NCBI GenBank assembly: GCA_963662545.2 | Contig: CAXXLL010000003.1 | Location: forward strand, 1,824,001 to 1,888,000 | Reading direction: 5' to 3' | DNA length: 64,000 bases | From: Gammaproteobacteria bacterium | GTDB taxonomy: Bacteria; Pseudomonadota; Gammaproteobacteria; Ga0077536 | In this document: positions 62,803-64,000 of the stretch, one piece after another | Numbering within the stretch: position 1 is the stretch's first letter | Layout of the letters: each line of letters begins with the position of its first letter | Program-made: the position numbers and the translations under genes | Notes under the pieces: model-generated | What the model was told of the DNA's origin: nothing | Databases searched by the model: none | Seen by the model: only the letters and a program-made list of their open reading frames with translations

Positions 62803-62878
62803 ACTTTGAGGCGCCCGATTGGGGAGATCGGGCATCGCCCACTTGGGAGGTTGTCGTGGGCACGTTCTGAAGAACGTG
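62751..62878 (-). ncRNA. Candidate sRNA (ErsA/Spot 42 positional analogue) with four hairpins and C-rich loops
   Basis: Stems CACGTTC/GAACGTG, GCCCAC/GTGGGC (loop contains CCUCCC), GCCCGAT/ATCGGGC (loop CUCCCCA), and a terminator stem followed by U8; convergent on engB. Confidence 0.7.
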
Positions 62879-62882
62879 TCAT

Positions 62883-62910
62883 TAAGACCACATTACCCAT
62901 GCTTGGTTCC
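62883..62910 (-). promoter_or_regulatory. Putative sigmaE/AlgU-type promoter GGAACC-N16-GTCTTA
   Basis: Directly upstream of the first hairpin of the sRNA candidate; matches the GGAAC-N16/17-GTC ECF consensus. Confidence 0.6.
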
Positions 62911-63071
62911 CGCGTACGTGTCCGGTCGCAAGGGCCTGCCGTAAAATAATCCTAAGTTTTTGATCTTAATGGAAGACTTCTTCTGTCGTCCGAACAAAGC
63001 ATCCTGGAATATGTTAGCAAGCGCCCACTTCAGTGAACAGGACCTTGCCGGGAACCTTACGGCCGTGGAGT

Positions 63072-63278
63072 TCAGGACATGCCGTATTTGCGTCGGAATT
63101 TATCGACGCGGCCGGCGGTGTCGACGATCTTTTGCTGCCCGGTATAGAACGGGTGGCAGGCCGAACAGACATCGATGTGAAGCTGGCCGTCGGTCAGGGT
63201 CGAGCGCGTTTCGAAGGTATTTCCGCAGCTGCAGGTAACCGATAATTCTTTGTATTCGGGATGTATGTCGGGCTTCAT
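63072..63278 (-). CDS. rpmE: 50S ribosomal protein L31 (zinc-binding type A)
   Basis: [29 protein letters not shown]. Confidence 0.96.
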   Translation of the reverse strand: MKPDIHPEYKELSVTCSCGNTFETRSTLTDGQLHIDVCSACHPFYTGQQKIVDTAGRVDKFRRKYGMS

Positions 63279-63383
63279 GGCCGCTACTCTAATCGCTGCG
63301 AAGGGCCCGGGATTCTAGGTCCGGCGCAAGCCCAATGCAAGCTTGCGCCCGGCGTTTACCGCGCCCTTGGATCCCGCACGCCC

Positions 63384-64000
63384 TCAAACTCGAAAACCGC
63401 CATGGCGTCGCCGATTCATACTATCCATGAAATAGACGCCGACGCCAAACGCGGCGGCGACTATGGCGGTGAGGAGCACCATCAGGGTGGTTGCATAGGA
63501 TTCCAAGACCATGGGTACCAAAGCTGAGACGTCTTCTTTGGACGAGCGCGCTTCGAGCTTCTCGATGTGGTTTTGCGCGTCGTCGAGCGCATTCTCGAGT
63601 CCGTCCCGGGCGCGCTCAAGCTCTGCCATGCGGACGTCGAGCGGCACTTCGGCCCGTTTGATTTGAGTCCGTAGCGTTGCTAATTCGGATTGATATTTGC
63701 CGGCGCGCAGCCGTTCGCCGGAGAGCTTGCCCTTGAGCTCGGTATTTTCCTTCGTAAAAGCTTCGATCTGTGCTTCGGCGGCGCGCAGATCGGCGGCGAA
63801 ATCAGCACCGGCGGGCGCGGGACCGGGCGTCTGCTCCAGTGTCTTGATGCGCTGCTCCAAGGACACCTTTTCCTTCTCCAGTTCTGCGACACGGATCGTT
63901 GCCGGTCGGTCGTTGGTGAGGTAGGCGGAGTCGACCCAACCCCTCACGTTATCCGGATCCTGGACATACGCCAGCTCGCCTTCGCGGCGCAATACTTCCA
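63384..64000 (-). CDS. SH3-domain / coiled-coil membrane protein (YgiM-like), 5' end outside the window
   Basis: SH3b tail (VRGWVDSAYL), long coiled coil, C-terminal TM, RRRHGGFRV; reading frame open to the window edge. Confidence 0.75.
   Translation of the reverse strand, partial: EVLRREGELAYVQDPDNVRGWVDSAYLTNDRPATIRVAELEKEKVSLEQRIKTLEQTPGPAPAGADFAADLRAAEAQIEAFTKENTELKGKLSGERLRAGKYQSELATLRTQIKRAEVPLDVRMAELERARDGLENALDDAQNHIEKLEARSSKEDVSALVPMVLESYATTLMVLLTAIVAAAFGVGVYFMDSMNRRRHGGFRV

Overview
GC-rich gammaproteobacterial chromosome segment. The backbone is housekeeping blocks: pyrE/xth, metW-metX-yggT-proC-yggS, pilT-pilU-pilU2, gshB-tonB-yqgE-yqgF-pyrR-pyrB-pyrC'-pyrK, hemCDXY, prkB, msbA, moxR-DUF58-tgpA, sthA, pmbA, uvrD, tRNA-Arg(CCG), dsbA-cytochrome c4-engB and rpmE. 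Three accessory zones stand out. (1) 1-9 kb: a more AT-rich copper-redox island. It encodes a PmoD/AmoD-family protein, a two-domain multicopper oxidase and a type-1 cupredoxin, all with C-terminal membrane anchors. An IS3 remnant follows, then a coxMNOPQ-type heme-copper oxidase whose subunit II carries a fused cytochrome c. (2) 19.3-20.0 kb: an integron-cassette relic in which a 147-bp MITE splits an attC-like site. (3) 49.7-58.5 kb, downstream of tRNA-Arg: a Baeyer-Villiger monooxygenase, an ECF sigma/zinc anti-sigma pair with an upstream 78-aa secreted FxPW-repeat peptide, and a proteobacterial sortase with its VIT-vWA target and a divergent XRE regulator. Also found: an unannotated ~128-nt sRNA candidate next to engB, with a sigmaE-type promoter and C-rich loops, and two lesions in core genes (in-frame TAA in sthA; 2-codon deletion in the PyrE PRPP motif). 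All family assignments are by eye from motifs and synteny; no database searches were run.
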